Shown here: positions 46,112 to 55,226 of the stretch, piece by piece
How positions within the stretch are numbered: position 1 is the stretch's first letter
How the letters are laid out: every line of letters starts with the position of its first letter
The notes under the pieces: generated by a model
The model's input: the letters and a program-made list of their open reading frames with translations, nothing else
Databases searched by the model: none
Told to the model about the DNA's origin: nothing
Position numbers and translations under genes: made by a program
Source of the DNA: Candidatus Micrarchaeota archaeon
GTDB lineage: Archaea; Micrarchaeota; Micrarchaeia; Micrarchaeales; CABMGC01
Assembly: GCA_027319905.1 (NCBI GenBank)
Contig: DAHVMJ010000001.1
Coordinates: 1-64,000, forward strand
Direction: 5' to 3'
DNA: 64,000 nucleotides

Positions 46112-46957
46112 ATGGGAAGCAATCACGCTGATTCTATGGCTGAGAGGAACAAACAGTACGTGGGTGTGTGCGGTATCTCTACGGTAGAGGAGGCAAAGCG
46201 TTCTGTTTCGCTTTTCAGAGAAGCCGGCTTCGACATGAAGACCGCGCACATTCCGATGTGGGGCTTTCAGGCTTCGTGGAAGACTCTTGCGTTTGGATTC
46301 AGCGAAGGCAACAGGCGTGTGCCAACCAGAGACGACCTACCCTACGTGCTCGAAGCGGTCAACGGCGAAGGCTTCGTAACGATACACTACTACACCAAAC
46401 AGCCGGAGCTGCTGGTGCAGCAGCTACGAGCTCTGCTGGAGCTCGGGGCCATATACCGCAGAGGGCTCGTTGATGGAGTACAGCTGAACAAGGTGTGGCC
46501 GACCACGGCGCAGATGGCAGAGATCAAAGCCGAGTTCCCGCAGTTGAAGATCATACTGCAGATGTCCCCGCACGTGACCGCAGGGATGAGCATGGAGCAA
46601 GTGGCGGTCAAACTGGCAAATGGGTACTCCGGAATTGATTACATAATATTGGACTCTTCTGGCGGAAGAGGCATAGAGTTTGACATGCAGGCAATCACAT
46701 CGGAATACCAGACGCTGAAGAGCGGCGGAGTGAAATCAGATATTGTATTCGCAGGAGGATTCAGTGGCGAGAATGTCGCAGAGAAGCTGTCCGGGCTTAT
46801 CAGGGCCACGAACACCACATCGTTCTCCATAGACGCTGAGGGAGGCTTGCGAGACAAGCTGGGAGAAGGCTACGGCAACGACGCGTTCAATGCTGAAAAA
46901 GCAAGGACATATCTGAAGGGCGCGGCAGAGGTCTTGCTTCAAGGAAAGAGGACGTAG
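46112..46957 (+). CDS. TrpF/PRAI-like TIM-barrel protein (divergent)
   Basis: VGVCGIST.EE, GVQLN, ILDSSGGRG, FAGGFSGENV, IDAEGGLR. Confidence 0.65.
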   Translation: MGSNHADSMAERNKQYVGVCGISTVEEAKRSVSLFREAGFDMKTAHIPMWGFQASWKTLAFGFSEGNRRVPTRDDLPYVLEAVNGEGFVTIHYYTKQPELLVQQLRALLELGAIYRRGLVDGVQLNKVWPTTAQMAEIKAEFPQLKIILQMSPHVTAGMSMEQVAVKLANGYSGIDYIILDSSGGRGIEFDMQAITSEYQTLKSGGVKSDIVFAGGFSGENVAEKLSGLIRATNTTSFSIDAEGGLRDKLGEGYGNDAFNAEKARTYLKGAAEVLLQGKRT

Positions 46958-47192
46958 TTGGAAGCCGTTCCGCGATAAATGGCAACGCATTTGTTGAGCG
47001 TCGGAGGCAGTGCGTTTTCTCTTTTCTTCGTGCTGCAAAGCAGAGTGGATGGGAGGGGCAGCAGACACCAAGATATTGACGACCTGGGTCGGGGAGAACC
47101 AGAAATCGGATGCATGCCCGTTGCCCCCAAACTACTGTGCTGCAAAAGCGTAAATATGTTTGCGCTTTTGACACAAGACATATAACACTTCT

Positions 47193-47657
47193 TCAGCTTT
47201 TTGATAACTCTGTTATAGCGACATCTCCTGCTGCTGAGACGTCGAATTTAAGGGGCACGCGCTCTGCGTTTCTTATCTGGTTTGCTTTGGAAAATCTTGT
47301 GAAGATCGCCATGCTTGTCGCGAATACGAAGAACCTCTTGCTTGTCTTTGCACCCATTTCTTTAAGCGCCTTACCTACATTCATCGTACCGCAGAGGAGC
47401 AGGAGCATCTCGATCTGCACTTCCCTGGCTCGCATGGTGCCGTCCTTCATCCTTATCATGGCGTTTACGAGCGCGGGCAGTACTCTCGGTGCCACCTCTT
47501 CCTTGTGATCGAAAAGAAGCACGAAATCTTTGTCTCTCGATATCGCTTTTGAGCTCTTCACCAATTGTTCTATCCCTTTTGCGTTGCTGCAACTGTAGAG
47601 CACGGGCTTGAGCCTGAACTCCAGAGGGGTCCCATCTGATACCGTCATCACAATCAA
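47193..47657 (-). CDS. cgi121: KEOPS subunit Cgi121-like
   Basis: ALVNAMIRMKDGTMRAREVQIEMLLLLCGTMNVGKALKEMGAK. Confidence 0.75.
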   Translation of the reverse strand: MIVMTVSDGTPLEFRLKPVLYSCSNAKGIEQLVKSSKAISRDKDFVLLFDHKEEVAPRVLPALVNAMIRMKDGTMRAREVQIEMLLLLCGTMNVGKALKEMGAKTSKRFFVFATSMAIFTRFSKANQIRNAERVPLKFDVSAAGDVAITELSKS

Positions 47658-47707
47658 TAAAACTCTTTCCTTGTTAATCTATATAACACATTCTGATTTG
47701 TGATACA

Positions 47708-48106
47708 ATGAGCCAGTTCGGTGCACAACTACACGATAAATCCGACCGCGTAGCCTCGGGAAGTGGCAAGCGGAAGAACAGGACAAGAGACAAGAGAAGA
47801 AGCGAGATGGGCGGATACTTCGCTGCCTCAAAGGTGGGGAGCGAGCAGGTGGTGAAGAAGGTGCGCGCTAGAGGAGGGACAACCAGAGGCGCGCTGCGAA
47901 ACGTGGCCTTTGCCAACGTACTTACCAAACAGGGATACAAGAAAGCGAAGGTGACCGGAGTTATTGAATCGAAAGACAACAGAAACTTTGCTAGACTGGG
48001 CATAATAACCAAAGGCGCGATGATAAACACCGAACTTGGAAAAGCCAGGGTGACAAACAGGCCAGGCCAGGAGGGCAGCATAAACGCCACGCTTATCGAA
48101 GGGTGA
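47708..48106 (+). CDS. rps8e: 30S ribosomal protein S8e
   Basis: RARGG, ANV, NRNFARLGIITKGA.I.TELGKARVTNRPGQEG. Confidence 0.97.
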   Translation: MSQFGAQLHDKSDRVASGSGKRKNRTRDKRRSEMGGYFAASKVGSEQVVKKVRARGGTTRGALRNVAFANVLTKQGYKKAKVTGVIESKDNRNFARLGIITKGAMINTELGKARVTNRPGQEGSINATLIEG

Positions 48107-48110
48107 ATGA

Positions 48111-48584
48111 ATACCCGCAAGAGTCTACGTGCTTGATTCATCTGAAGCACCGGCACTGAAAAAAATGCTCGAGTACGATCCCTACCTTGACCCGAATCTG
48201 CTACCTAAGATGCCGAAGAAGTGGGAGGATGCAGATGATAGTTATTTCTCGGCGCATCCGGAAGAGAAAGAGGATGCTGAGAAACTGAAGAAGCAGATAG
48301 AAGACGCCGCTGAGAAGCTGAAAAACGACAGGGAGGCTAACATCATATTTGCTCGCCAGGACTATCAGCTGCGCGACGGCACGGCCATAGGCCTGGAGAG
48401 AGAAAAGAGCTACCTGTACCTGAGCGCCGACGACGCTTTTCTCGGAGCCGGAGAAGCAAAGCTCAAGAAGAGCATAAGTTCGCTGCAACGCGCTTCAGAG
48501 GACGTGGAGAAGAAGGTGATAAGCACCATAGATGAAGAGCGGCAGAAATCTGACAGCGGTCTAGGGTTCATATTCGGCCAGTGA
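48111..48584 (+). CDS. Hypothetical protein; probable ATA start (MPARVY...)
   Basis: GGTGA-ATGA-ATA-CCC; in-frame TGA directly before the ATA; track start is GTG at 48129. Confidence 0.7.
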   Translation: MPARVYVLDSSEAPALKKMLEYDPYLDPNLLPKMPKKWEDADDSYFSAHPEEKEDAEKLKKQIEDAAEKLKNDREANIIFARQDYQLRDGTAIGLEREKSYLYLSADDAFLGAGEAKLKKSISSLQRASEDVEKKVISTIDEERQKSDSGLGFIFGQ

Positions 48585-48588
48585 GAGT

Positions 48589-49509
48589 ATGCATTTCCTA
48601 AGCATAAACGACTTCTCGCGAGACCAGATGAACGCCATATTCGACATAGCGGACCAGATAACCGAGGGAAAGACCACCACGTCGCTAAAGGAAGGCTCGA
48701 CGCTGGCGCTGTTATTCGAGAAACCGTCGACGCGCACGCGTGTTTCGTTCGAGGTGGCGATGTCAAGGTTGGGAGGCCGCTCGATATACATCGACAAGAA
48801 GACCACGCAGATGTCAAGGGGAGAGCCCATCTCAGACACCGCACGTATAATGAGCCTTTATGTTGATTTCGTGGCAGCAAGGATGGACCGCCATGAGGAT
48901 CTGGTAGAGTTTGCAAACAACTCGACAGTACCTGTCATAAACGCGCTCACCGATCTCGAACACCCGACTCAGTCGCTGGCAGACATATACACGATAGGCA
49001 ACGCGAAGAGAAGGATAAAGGGCGTGCGCATAGCGTTCACGGGAGACATCGCCCAGAACACTTGCAACTCGCTGATGCTCGCGGCCACGAAGCTCGGGGC
49101 CGAGATGGCTCTCGTGAGCCCCAAGAGCTTCCCGCCGAACCCCCAGTACCTCACGCGGGCGAGAGAGTATGGGGTCGTAGACATATTCGACAGCATGCAG
49201 GACGGTCTGGCGGGCGCAGACATCATATACACGGACACGTTCGCCTCGATTAGCGACACGTTTGGAAAGGTGGACCAGGACGAGGTTGAGAAGAGGAAGA
49301 GGATATTTGCCCCCTATCAGGTCAACGCAAAGGCGCTGCAGTATGCTGACAAAGAAGTACTCGTGATGCACCCGCTGCCGGCGTTCAGAGGGCAGGAGAT
49401 AACCGCTGATGTCCTCGATGGCTCGAGGAGCATAGTCTGGGACCAGGCGAAGAACAAGCTTGTCATTGAGCAGGCCATACTGATGTACCTGTCTGAAAAG
49501 AGCGCGTAA
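48589..49509 (+). CDS. argF: Ornithine carbamoyltransferase-family protein
   Basis: FEKPSTRTRVSFE, GEPISDTAR, PVINAL, HPTQ.LAD, PYQVN, HPLPA.RG.E. Confidence 0.88.
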   Translation: MHFLSINDFSRDQMNAIFDIADQITEGKTTTSLKEGSTLALLFEKPSTRTRVSFEVAMSRLGGRSIYIDKKTTQMSRGEPISDTARIMSLYVDFVAARMDRHEDLVEFANNSTVPVINALTDLEHPTQSLADIYTIGNAKRRIKGVRIAFTGDIAQNTCNSLMLAATKLGAEMALVSPKSFPPNPQYLTRAREYGVVDIFDSMQDGLAGADIIYTDTFASISDTFGKVDQDEVEKRKRIFAPYQVNAKALQYADKEVLVMHPLPAFRGQEITADVLDGSRSIVWDQAKNKLVIEQAILMYLSEKSA

Positions 49510-49570
49510 CGCCAATGATTAAATAGGCGGCCTGGAATAACGATCGAAGGTTTGGGGGATAAGGGGTTGC

Positions 49571-50050
49571 ATGACAGAAAACTGCGTATTTTGTAAAATA
49601 TACGCCGAGAACGCTGACGTGGTGTTCGAGACGCGCAAGTTTGCGGGCCAGTTCGATAAGTTCCCAGTAGCGCCAGGGCACATGGAGGTGTTCACCAAGA
49701 GGCACGTGGCAGATTTCTTCGAGCTGACGAATGACGAACGCAGGGATCTCCTGGTCGCACTTCAGAGGGGGCTCGAGGCGACCAGAACCGCGGATCTGCG
49801 CACCGTTTACAGGCGGTTCATAGATAAGCCTCTCAACGCGAAATCTGCAGAGTTCTGCAAGGACGCGTTGCTCAACCTCGAACTGAGAAGCCGCAGGGAT
49901 GGGGAGAACATAGGGATAAACAACGGCAGAGCCGCAGGAAGAACTGTAGACCACCTGCACGCGCACATAATTCCGAGATACGTCGGCGACATGGCAAACC
50001 CGGCGGGAGGGGTGCGGTACGTCATTCCTGAAAAAGGAAACTACAAATGA
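49571..50050 (+). CDS. HIT-family hydrolase
   Basis: CVFC, DKFPVAPGH, NIGINNGRAAGRTVDHLHAHIIPRY.GD. Confidence 0.93.
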   Translation: MTENCVFCKIYAENADVVFETRKFAGQFDKFPVAPGHMEVFTKRHVADFFELTNDERRDLLVALQRGLEATRTADLRTVYRRFIDKPLNAKSAEFCKDALLNLELRSRRDGENIGINNGRAAGRTVDHLHAHIIPRYVGDMANPAGGVRYVIPEKGNYK

Positions 50051-50059
50051 CGTGGCAAG

Positions 50060-50629
50060 ATGGCGCAGACAAACGTCATGGAAATCGCTCCGATAACGCT
50101 AGATAAGAGATATCAGCTCTGTGCAGGTCTGATGAGGCAGTCAAAGAGTGACAACGAGAGATATGGTTGCATAATAGTAAAAGACGGAGCTGTGGTGGGG
50201 ACCGGACAAAACAGGGCGATATCGCATCCGCACTTCAGGCTTGAAAGGGAGATAAGACAGGGCTATAGCAATCATGCGGAGATTGAGGGGCTGAACGACG
50301 TCCTGATGAAGACAAAACGCAGGAGCGACGCTCTGGAAACGCTAAAGGATGCGGACATTTTCGTTTCAGGATATTTCCCGAGGACGAAGCAGCTCTTCTT
50401 CCACGACAGGTATACGTGCATAAGGTGTCCTCCTCATATGAGGCGTTTCGATATCAGAAGCGTAAACATCCCGCTGCCCACGCGCTGGGTCAGAAAGGGA
50501 GTCGACGATGCTTTGAAAGAGGCGAGGGAGTTCACCAACGGAACACATCGAAAGAGGCTCGTGGCTACCGTCGGTTCTTTCAGCATAGATCGCGCCGTCG
50601 GCGTCCATACGCAGGAGCTGGCCAGATAG
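50060..50629 (+). CDS. Zinc-dependent nucleoside/nucleotide deaminase (CDA/TadA superfamily)
   Basis: YGCIIVKDGAVVGTGQN, HAEIEGL, TCIRC. Confidence 0.82.
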   Translation: MAQTNVMEIAPITLDKRYQLCAGLMRQSKSDNERYGCIIVKDGAVVGTGQNRAISHPHFRLEREIRQGYSNHAEIEGLNDVLMKTKRRSDALETLKDADIFVSGYFPRTKQLFFHDRYTCIRCPPHMRRFDIRSVNIPLPTRWVRKGVDDALKEAREFTNGTHRKRLVATVGSFSIDRAVGVHTQELAR

Positions 50630-50697
50630 GCATGCGGGTAAGGGTTGCGGCCTGGAACCTATTTATTTCTGACATTTTACATCTAAGCTGACAGATT

Positions 50698-51438
50698 ATG
50701 ACAACCTATCCAATAGTTGAACGGAAATATTTCATAAGCGAGAAGATAGACGAGACACAGGAGGTTCTGATAATCGGCATGAGACCCGAGGACGGCAAGC
50801 CCAATTCGTTCGATCCGGGCATGTTCATGATGATATCGGGAATCGACAAGCAGACGGGCGAGAAGCACGTTGCTCGTGCCATGTCAATTGCCTCAGACCC
50901 CTCTTCCGTCAACGTTGAGTTCTTCGTGATAAAGAATCCGATACACGGAGAACACATAGGCAGGTCGCACTTCGCTGATGTTGAGATCAACGATCCTTTC
51001 GTGCTCAAAGGGCCAAGCGGCCAGTTCAGGTTCGACCCGAACAAGGACAAGAAGGTGCTCTTCATCGCGGGCGGAACCGGACTTTCGCCCTTCATGTCCA
51101 TGCTAAGGCACATGCGTGTTCTGGGCACAAATGCTGACATAGTGATGCTCTACAGCATAAAGTATCCGACAGAGATAATCAGGAAGCAGGAGCTCGCCGA
51201 GATGGAGAAGACGTTGAATCTGAGGACGATTGTTACAGTGACCAGACCCGCACCAGGGGACGGATGGACTGGGCAGACGGGGCACGTGGATTCGAGCATG
51301 ATACAGAAGTACGCCACCGATTTCCCGGAAAGAATGGCCTACGTGTGCGGTCCGCTTGCGTTCGTGAAGGCAGTCAAAGATGCGCTGACGGCATTGAACG
51401 TTCCGGCAAATAGAGTAAGCGCCGACGTGTGGGGCTAG
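50698..51438 (+). CDS. Ferredoxin-NAD(P) reductase-like FAD oxidoreductase
   Basis: F.PG.F, RAMSIAS, GPSGQF, IAGGTGLSPF.SML, YVCGP. Confidence 0.92.
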   Translation: MTTYPIVERKYFISEKIDETQEVLIIGMRPEDGKPNSFDPGMFMMISGIDKQTGEKHVARAMSIASDPSSVNVEFFVIKNPIHGEHIGRSHFADVEINDPFVLKGPSGQFRFDPNKDKKVLFIAGGTGLSPFMSMLRHMRVLGTNADIVMLYSIKYPTEIIRKQELAEMEKTLNLRTIVTVTRPAPGDGWTGQTGHVDSSMIQKYATDFPERMAYVCGPLAFVKAVKDALTALNVPANRVSADVWG

Positions 51439-51442
51439 CCTG

Positions 51443-51634
51443 CTATTCGGCTCTTTCAAACTCGAGATCGACAACAGCATCTTCGGGCAGGTCGAAGCCG
51501 TACTGTTCCTTTATCTTCTTTGCGGCAAGCTCTTTGAACTGGCGCATGGTCGTTTTTTCGTTGGCTTCCACCATCACGGTGTAGGTGAAGTCGCTACCGC
51601 TTACAGTTACCCTGTACTTTTTCTCTCCGCTTAT
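51443..51634 (-). CDS. 63-aa hypothetical protein, possible beta-grasp fold; probable ATA start; not in ORF track
   Basis: (M)SGEKKYRVTVSGSDFTYTVMVEANEKTTMRQFKELAAKKIKEQYGFDLPEDAVVDLEFERAE; host-like codons. Confidence 0.65.
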   Translation of the reverse strand: MSGEKKYRVTVSGSDFTYTVMVEANEKTTMRQFKELAAKKIKEQYGFDLPEDAVVDLEFERAE

Positions 51635-51677
51635 GCCACTCGCCTATAAAAAGAGCCGAAAGGAAGAGCGGGCCGCA

Positions 51678-52019
51678 TCAGCTGGCCTTTGAGGTGGACG
51701 AGGAGACGCTTTCTACTATGTTCTCGCACTTCTCAACCAGCTTGATCACGTCCTTTAGCCTTGGGTTGATGCCATAGCCAAGATCGTAGCCGCGTTCTGT
51801 GCGTATGTGAGTTGGCTGAAGCACGCTTAGGTTCATCGACAGATTCCTGAGCGTGATGATCAGCGTCTTTCTGGTGAACTGTTTGCCGAGTATCTGGTAG
51901 AGTTCCCTCGTAGTCCTGGGAGACTTCTCCATCAGCAGTTTCAGAACCGCGAAGTTAGGTTTGCTCAGCACCTTTCTGAGCATCCAGATCTTGTCTTCGC
52001 CCCTCTCTCTCCTTGCCAT
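51678..52019 (-). CDS. Winged-helix transcriptional regulator (HxlR/ArsR-like)
   Basis: VLKLLMEKSPRTTRELY...TRKTLIITLRNL; wing ending YGIN. Confidence 0.7.
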   Translation of the reverse strand: MARRERGEDKIWMLRKVLSKPNFAVLKLLMEKSPRTTRELYQILGKQFTRKTLIITLRNLSMNLSVLQPTHIRTERGYDLGYGINPRLKDVIKLVEKCENIVESVSSSTSKAS

Positions 52020-52145
52020 ACGCGTTAAATTCGATACCAAATTATATAAATGTAACCAGTCTTGCCATCGCGTAGCGGCGGTGAACCGCGGTAAAATGCA
52101 AAGAAACGGAAAGATATAAGAATATTGAGCGACACTATACTACAT

Positions 52146-53678
52146 ATGTTTTACCTAAGTAAAAGATTGAGGAGTATAGTAAATAAATTAGCTGGGACTC
52201 CTAAACCTGTCTCAGGCCCCCTCCGTTCCAGGCTAAGTTTTCTCATGGACATGGAGGAAGGGTACCGGATTGTGGAGCCGCTTGGGGGATTGGTGCCCAG
52301 GGCGCTGGGGAAGGATAGTACGGGTTACCGCTATATCGTCGGAAATGGGTGCGTGAGGCTGAGCGGCGTTGAGGTGCTGCACGCAGAGGAGGCGAAACAC
52401 GCGGTTGTGGACGCGTTTGCCGGTTCCGGTGAAGCCGAGATGAGCGTGGGGGCCCTGGATAAGGCACGCAAAATAGCGGCGGGAAGCCTGCTCCAGAGCA
52501 CGGCGAAAGAACGAGCCGATTTCATCTCATACCTGGTGGCTCACGACACCGTGGGCTACGGGCCGATAAGCATGCTGATGGAGGACAGGAAGAGGATAGA
52601 GGAGATAGAGATCAACGCGCCCTCGTCACGCATAAACGTATTCCACGTAGACTATGGAAGATGCTCGACAAACCTGAGATTTGCGAACGAGGATGCGTTT
52701 AGGCACAATATCAACAAGCTTATTTACGAGACGGATAAGGAACTGCGCGATGACACGCCAATCATAGATGCACAGGTCGGGGATGCGAGAGTGCATGCAC
52801 AGATAAGACCCTATGCACTGAGCGGTGCGGCTGCGTCTATACGTCTTGCAGACAACAGGCTTGTGGGCCCGAACTACCTGATAAAGAAAGGCACGACAGA
52901 CTTCGACACGCTTGCGTACCTCTGGCTAGCTGTGGACTCGGGACTGAACATCATAATAGCCGGAGCTCCGGCGAGCGGCAAGACAACCATGATGAGCGCA
53001 CTCTTTGGATTGCTGCCAAGAACGGAGAAGATACTGACCATAGAGGAGGAGGTTAACGAGCTGAAGATAAAGCTGGATATAAACAACAGCGTTGCGCTCT
53101 ACGGGGATGGCCGTGGAGGCAGAACGAATACACGGGAGCAAGTGATGAACGCCCTTCGCATGAGACCAGACAGGCTGGTCGTGGGAGAGGTGCGCGGCGC
53201 CGAGACCCGCGAGCTCTTCTCAGGCGCGAGCCTGGGCATTCCGTTCATGACAACGATGCACAGCAACTCAGGAGGCCTTGACATAGTGAAGAAGCTGATC
53301 ATCACGCCCATGGATGTTGAGGTGCGTTCGCTGAGTTCGCTCGATATCGCGCTGTACATGAAGCACATAGATGTTTCGCGCAGGGTACTGGGTGAGGTGT
53401 ACGAGTACAGGTGGCTTAGCAGGGCGGAGACGGAAAAGCTGGGCACGGTCATAGAGGGGAGCGACTCAGTCGATGTGAACTGTGCTGTCAGCAATGGCAG
53501 GCTGGACAGGGGCGCCATTACTGGATCCAAAGTGGTGGAGGCGTTCTCTAAAAAGAACGGACTATCGAAAGCTTTGGTTGTGAAAGAGTTGGACAGGCGT
53601 TCAGAATTCCTGAGGGTAGCTTGCGAAGGATGCGCCAGTTCGGTCGAGGTCTTGGAGAAGATACAGGGATATGCATGA
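52146..53678 (+). CDS. Type IV pilus assembly ATPase (CpaF/VirB11 family)
   Basis: GYGPI..LM.D..IEEI, AGAPASGKTT, TIEE..EL, ALRMRPDRLVVGEVRG.E, MTTMHS; start uncertain. Confidence 0.93.
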   Translation: MFYLSKRLRSIVNKLAGTPKPVSGPLRSRLSFLMDMEEGYRIVEPLGGLVPRALGKDSTGYRYIVGNGCVRLSGVEVLHAEEAKHAVVDAFAGSGEAEMSVGALDKARKIAAGSLLQSTAKERADFISYLVAHDTVGYGPISMLMEDRKRIEEIEINAPSSRINVFHVDYGRCSTNLRFANEDAFRHNINKLIYETDKELRDDTPIIDAQVGDARVHAQIRPYALSGAAASIRLADNRLVGPNYLIKKGTTDFDTLAYLWLAVDSGLNIIIAGAPASGKTTMMSALFGLLPRTEKILTIEEEVNELKIKLDINNSVALYGDGRGGRTNTREQVMNALRMRPDRLVVGEVRGAETRELFSGASLGIPFMTTMHSNSGGLDIVKKLIITPMDVEVRSLSSLDIALYMKHIDVSRRVLGEVYEYRWLSRAETEKLGTVIEGSDSVDVNCAVSNGRLDRGAITGSKVVEAFSKKNGLSKALVVKELDRRSEFLRVACEGCASSVEVLEKIQGYA

Positions 53679-54328
53679 TGCGCGTGCGTCCGCATATGTT
53701 GGTGAAAACTATTGCGCTTGAGCTTGCGGCATTACTGCTTGCGCTCGTTGTCTATTATGCAAATGACCTTCCCGGGCCGGCGTGGTTTGCAGGTATTCTT
53801 GCTGCGGCCAACGCGTGCGCGCTTGCGATGTACGCACTACTCCAGGCAAACACGAGGACGTACCTGGAAAAGACCAGCGGATCCGCGTTCGTTGACTATC
53901 TTCACAGGGTTCTGTATCGCGTGCGTTCCGGTCATTCCTATACGAGGTCGCTGGTGGAATCTGCAAAGGAGATACGCATTGAAAGCCTCAGAAGATCGAC
54001 GCTGGTACACGCGCTGGGGCGCCTGATGGACTGGGATGCGGAACCTGCGGGGGAGGGAACTGGATGGATAGAGACAGAGATACAGAGGCATAGCCGCAGG
54101 GATGAGTCACGGAAGACTGACATAGAGGAAGGCGCACAGCGATATGCCACCTTCAACATGTTCCTATCCACCGTTCTGCCTTCTTTTCTTGTCTTTGCCT
54201 TCATAGGCGACAGCATACTCTCGCATGCCTATTTCGGCATGCTGCTCTTCTCCTTTTTCCTAGTGTTTATCATGCCAGTAATGTATTCTGCCGGAAGTTT
54301 TCTGATGTGGAGGCGGTTGTTTGCGTAG
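53675..54328 (+). CDS. TadB-like pilus membrane platform protein
   Basis: ATGA-coupled to the ATPase; TM-soluble-TM layout. Confidence 0.65.
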   Translation: MMRVRPHMLVKTIALELAALLLALVVYYANDLPGPAWFAGILAAANACALAMYALLQANTRTYLEKTSGSAFVDYLHRVLYRVRSGHSYTRSLVESAKEIRIESLRRSTLVHALGRLMDWDAEPAGEGTGWIETEIQRHSRRDESRKTDIEEGAQRYATFNMFLSTVLPSFLVFAFIGDSILSHAYFGMLLFSFFLVFIMPVMYSAGSFLMWRRLFA

Positions 54329-54950
54329 TACAATATCGGAGAGAAACAGGCAGGGAGACGAGCACGCGCTTGTGCTAGCACACGAGCTTGCTATGGAAAA
54401 AAAGAGGCTGCTGCTGAAGAGACTGTTTGCTTGTGCTGGCGGAAACGTACAGTTGGGAAGGATAGCCACGGAATTGCGTCTCACAGGCTCCTGCTGCGAC
54501 ACGCATTTGCTCTGTGCAAACGAGGCGACCGGAGAACTGATGGCGCTTGTGACCCAGGGAGTAGAGCGTGGCACAAACGTCAGCGTGGCGCTGGGCCTTT
54601 TGGAGACGCGCCTGGAAAACAGGATGCAGGAAGGGAATAGGTTTAAAGCAAAGGCTGGCGCGCCGCTTGCGCTGGTCTACATGGGGATGGGTGTCTTCTT
54701 CCCCCTCTTCTCAGGAATAAGCGCAGTGATTCTGACAGGATCGCTCGGCGCGTCGAGCTCTGTGGGTTCTCTCGCACAGGGCTTCATGCTCGTTACGTCG
54801 CTATATGTGGCTGTCACGCTCTGCCTCTCCGCTGCGTTCGCACATCCCGAAAGACGCGTAGTACAGAATATTGTTTCGATTCTTCCGTATCTCGGGCTGG
54901 GAATCACGATAACGCTTACCTCGCATGCATATCTGACCGGAATACTATGA
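54321..54950 (+). CDS. TadC-like pilus membrane platform protein
   Basis: GVERGTNVSVAL..LE.RLE, FFPLFSGIS; C-terminal TMs; operon position. Confidence 0.65.
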   Translation: MRSTISERNRQGDEHALVLAHELAMEKKRLLLKRLFACAGGNVQLGRIATELRLTGSCCDTHLLCANEATGELMALVTQGVERGTNVSVALGLLETRLENRMQEGNRFKAKAGAPLALVYMGMGVFFPLFSGISAVILTGSLGASSSVGSLAQGFMLVTSLYVAVTLCLSAAFAHPERRVVQNIVSILPYLGLGITITLTSHAYLTGIL

Positions 54951-54959
54951 GGTGGAAAA

Positions 54960-55226
54960 ATGGAAAAGATTGGGAAGACAGTATACGGGCTCTTGCCAGC
55001 AGGCGCGCTTGCGTTTTTGGCGCTTGCCAAGAGCAAGAAGGCGCAGAGCTCCCTGGAGTACATAATGATGGTGGCCGCAGCGAGCATAGTGATCGTGCTG
55101 GCGCTGGCCATGGTCGTTAAGCTCAAGGGCGCTGTTGTGAGCAACGTGAGCATGAACGGCGCGAATGTGAGCGTCTCCAGCGCGATAAGCAGGGAACTTG
55201 CTTCGCTTACGAGCAACAGCGTATAG
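54960..55226 (+). CDS. Pilin with class III signal peptide
   Basis: KKAQ/SSLEYIMMVAAASIVIVLAL; GAGGTGG RBS. Confidence 0.88.
   Translation: MEKIGKTVYGLLPAGALAFLALAKSKKAQSSLEYIMMVAAASIVIVLALAMVVKLKGAVVSNVSMNGANVSVSSAISRELASLTSNSV

Noticed and set aside
46958..47192. ~230-nt gap with several short ORFs
   Set aside because: No recognisable protein motif, RBS or RNA structure; cannot support a call.
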